Below are positions 62,685 to 64,000 of a stretch of 64,000 nucleotides of DNA, one piece after another; position 1 is the first letter of the stretch, and every line of letters begins with the position of its first letter. The position numbers and the translations under genes are program-made. A model generated the notes under the pieces. It was not told the DNA's origin and did no database searches. It saw only the letters and a list, made by a program, of their open reading frames with translations. Source of the DNA: Candidatus Omnitrophota bacterium (GTDB taxonomy: Bacteria; Omnitrophota; Gorgyraeia; Gygaellales; Profunditerraquicolaceae); the NCBI GenBank assembly GCA_041650835.1, contig JBAZKL010000003.1:35682-99681 (forward strand), in the 5' to 3' direction.

Positions 62685-63707
62685 TTAAAGAGGCTGGCAA
62701 GAATCCCTGACAACCAATTCTGCGGGAAGCACGAGCTTTTCTATCTTAGTCTTCTTTTTTGACATGATCTGATCAAGGCGCTTGACGCTTTCTTCAGCCA
62801 TTTTGATCAAAGGCTGCCGCACGGTAGTTAACGCGACCGGACCGTAAAGCCCGGAAGGATTATCATCAAAGCCTACGATCGAAACATCAGCAGGCACATG
62901 TTTACCCGATTCTTTAACGACCGTCATTACTTCAAGGGCCATGGAATCAGACGAGATGAAGATCGCGGTCGGAGGCTCCTCCATTTTAAGCAGTTTTTCC
63001 GCCGCCAGGCGCGCCTGCCCGCGGGAATAGTCTGTCTTAATACAATAGCTTTCATTGAAGGCGATATCGTTTTTCTTAAGGGAGCGCTTATATCCTTCCA
63101 GGCGCTGAATAGCGGCCTGCGTAATCAGGTCTCCGCTGATATGAGCGATCTTACGATGGCCTAAGCCTACCAGATAATCAACAGCGTCCTCCGCTCCTTT
63201 TACATTATCGACGGAAATACTGCTCACCTCCAGGTCCTCAACGCGGTTATTGATAACGATAGTGGGGATAGAAGCAAGGATCGCTTCTTCCAATTGATTC
63301 CGGTTACCGATCACATCGGCAAAGATGACCCCGCCGATACCTTTCAGGTTCAAGGGAGAACGCGCGTCGGTCAAATGCAGCAAAAGGTCCAGTTTTAATA
63401 TACTGCAGAGCGTACCGATACCGCGGATCAATTCCAAAGCGTAGAATGAATAAAAGATGCCTTCATAGCGGGGCATGACCAGGGCAACGACATTGCTTTT
63501 GCCTGAAGCCAGCCGTTGCGCGTAGACCGAAGGCTGAAATTTAAATTTTTTAACGGCTTCTTTGACTTTAATGCGGTTTCTTTCTTTAACGCAGGGGGCG
63601 TTATTGATCACCCGGGAGACAGTACTGATCGATACTCCCGCTGCCCGAGCGACATCGGTGATGGAAACAACTTGATTAGAAGAAGGTGCTTTTTTTCCGC
63701 GTACCAT
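62685..63707 (-). CDS. LacI-family transcriptional regulator
   Basis: N-terminal HTH VSITDVARAAGVSISTVSRV plus periplasmic-binding-like core. Confidence 0.8.
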   Translation of the reverse strand: MVRGKKAPSSNQVVSITDVARAAGVSISTVSRVINNAPCVKERNRIKVKEAVKKFKFQPSVYAQRLASGKSNVVALVMPRYEGIFYSFYALELIRGIGTLCSILKLDLLLHLTDARSPLNLKGIGGVIFADVIGNRNQLEEAILASIPTIVINNRVEDLEVSSISVDNVKGAEDAVDYLVGLGHRKIAHISGDLITQAAIQRLEGYKRSLKKNDIAFNESYCIKTDYSRGQARLAAEKLLKMEEPPTAIFISSDSMALEVMTVVKESGKHVPADVSIVGFDDNPSGLYGPVALTTVRQPLIKMAEESVKRLDQIMSKKKTKIEKLVLPAELVVRDSCQPL

Positions 63708-63737
63708 GTATAGTAAAGATTTTTCCGGATAAACAGA

Positions 63738-63986
63738 TTATTTGACTCTATCGCCTACTTTAACCGACGAACTTTCCTGCTTTATGTCGCAAGCGGAGAA
63801 ATTCTTGCGTATCTGGATAGCTTCCAGCACGGCAACCGCGTTGTCTTCCCGATACACGCTCAAGATATCTCCGACCTTGATGCCTGAATCTTCCCCTAAA
63901 TTAACAATGACGAAATTATTTTCCCTATTCACCAGCAAGACTTCGCCTTTTTGGGAAACGGCAGACGCGGAAGGCATCGATTCCAA
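63738..63986 (-). CDS. hypothetical small protein
   Basis: 82 aa ORF only. Confidence 0.3.
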   Translation of the reverse strand: MESMPSASAVSQKGEVLLVNRENNFVIVNLGEDSGIKVGDILSVYREDNAVAVLEAIQIRKNFSACDIKQESSSVKVGDRVK

Positions 63987-64000
63987 CGCTGATTGAGGCC

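Overview
This is a bacterial chromosomal segment (~50% GC, organism not identifiable from sequence alone) in which almost every gene is on the minus strand and the spacers are packed with repeat families. Coding content centres on nitrogen assimilation: glutamate synthase gltB/gltD behind a small Fis-family gene, a second GltB-domain-2-like FMN protein, type III glutamine synthetase (glnN), a class I glutamine amidotransferase, three tandem ammonium-transporter/P-II pairs (two in direct repeat at 26.7-30.5 kb plus a porin-amt-PII-HTH operon), glutamine- and NH3-dependent NAD synthetases, Lrp/AsnC, and a GAF-ANTAR antiterminator. It also carries the complete F1Fo ATP synthase operon, pstSCAB(B)-phoU, phoBR, pit with a DUF47 gene, class II ribonucleotide reductase nrdJ, mnmG, tadA, greA, and a c-di-GMP module (HD-GYP, GGDEF, PilZ, two orphan receivers, one two-component pair). 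The most interesting signals are non-coding: (1) two ~174-nt elements with a long closing stem and compensatory base changes, each ~150-300 bp upstream of a glutamate-synthase-type operon; (2) a shared promoter architecture (CCTGGTAAC about 21 nt from an extended -10) in front of glnN, fis-gltBD, amt and porin-amt; (3) a ~200-bp promoter-leader module present twice (before nadE and before the atp operon), with terminator-like hairpin plus U-run just ahead of the start codon, as also seen in the glnN and gltB leaders; (4) at least six further dispersed structured-repeat families and a 47-bp tandem repeat inside the 3' end of phoR. No transposase, integrase, CRISPR array or tRNA was found. Feature coordinates that are not taken from the ORF track were counted by eye and may be off by a few nt.
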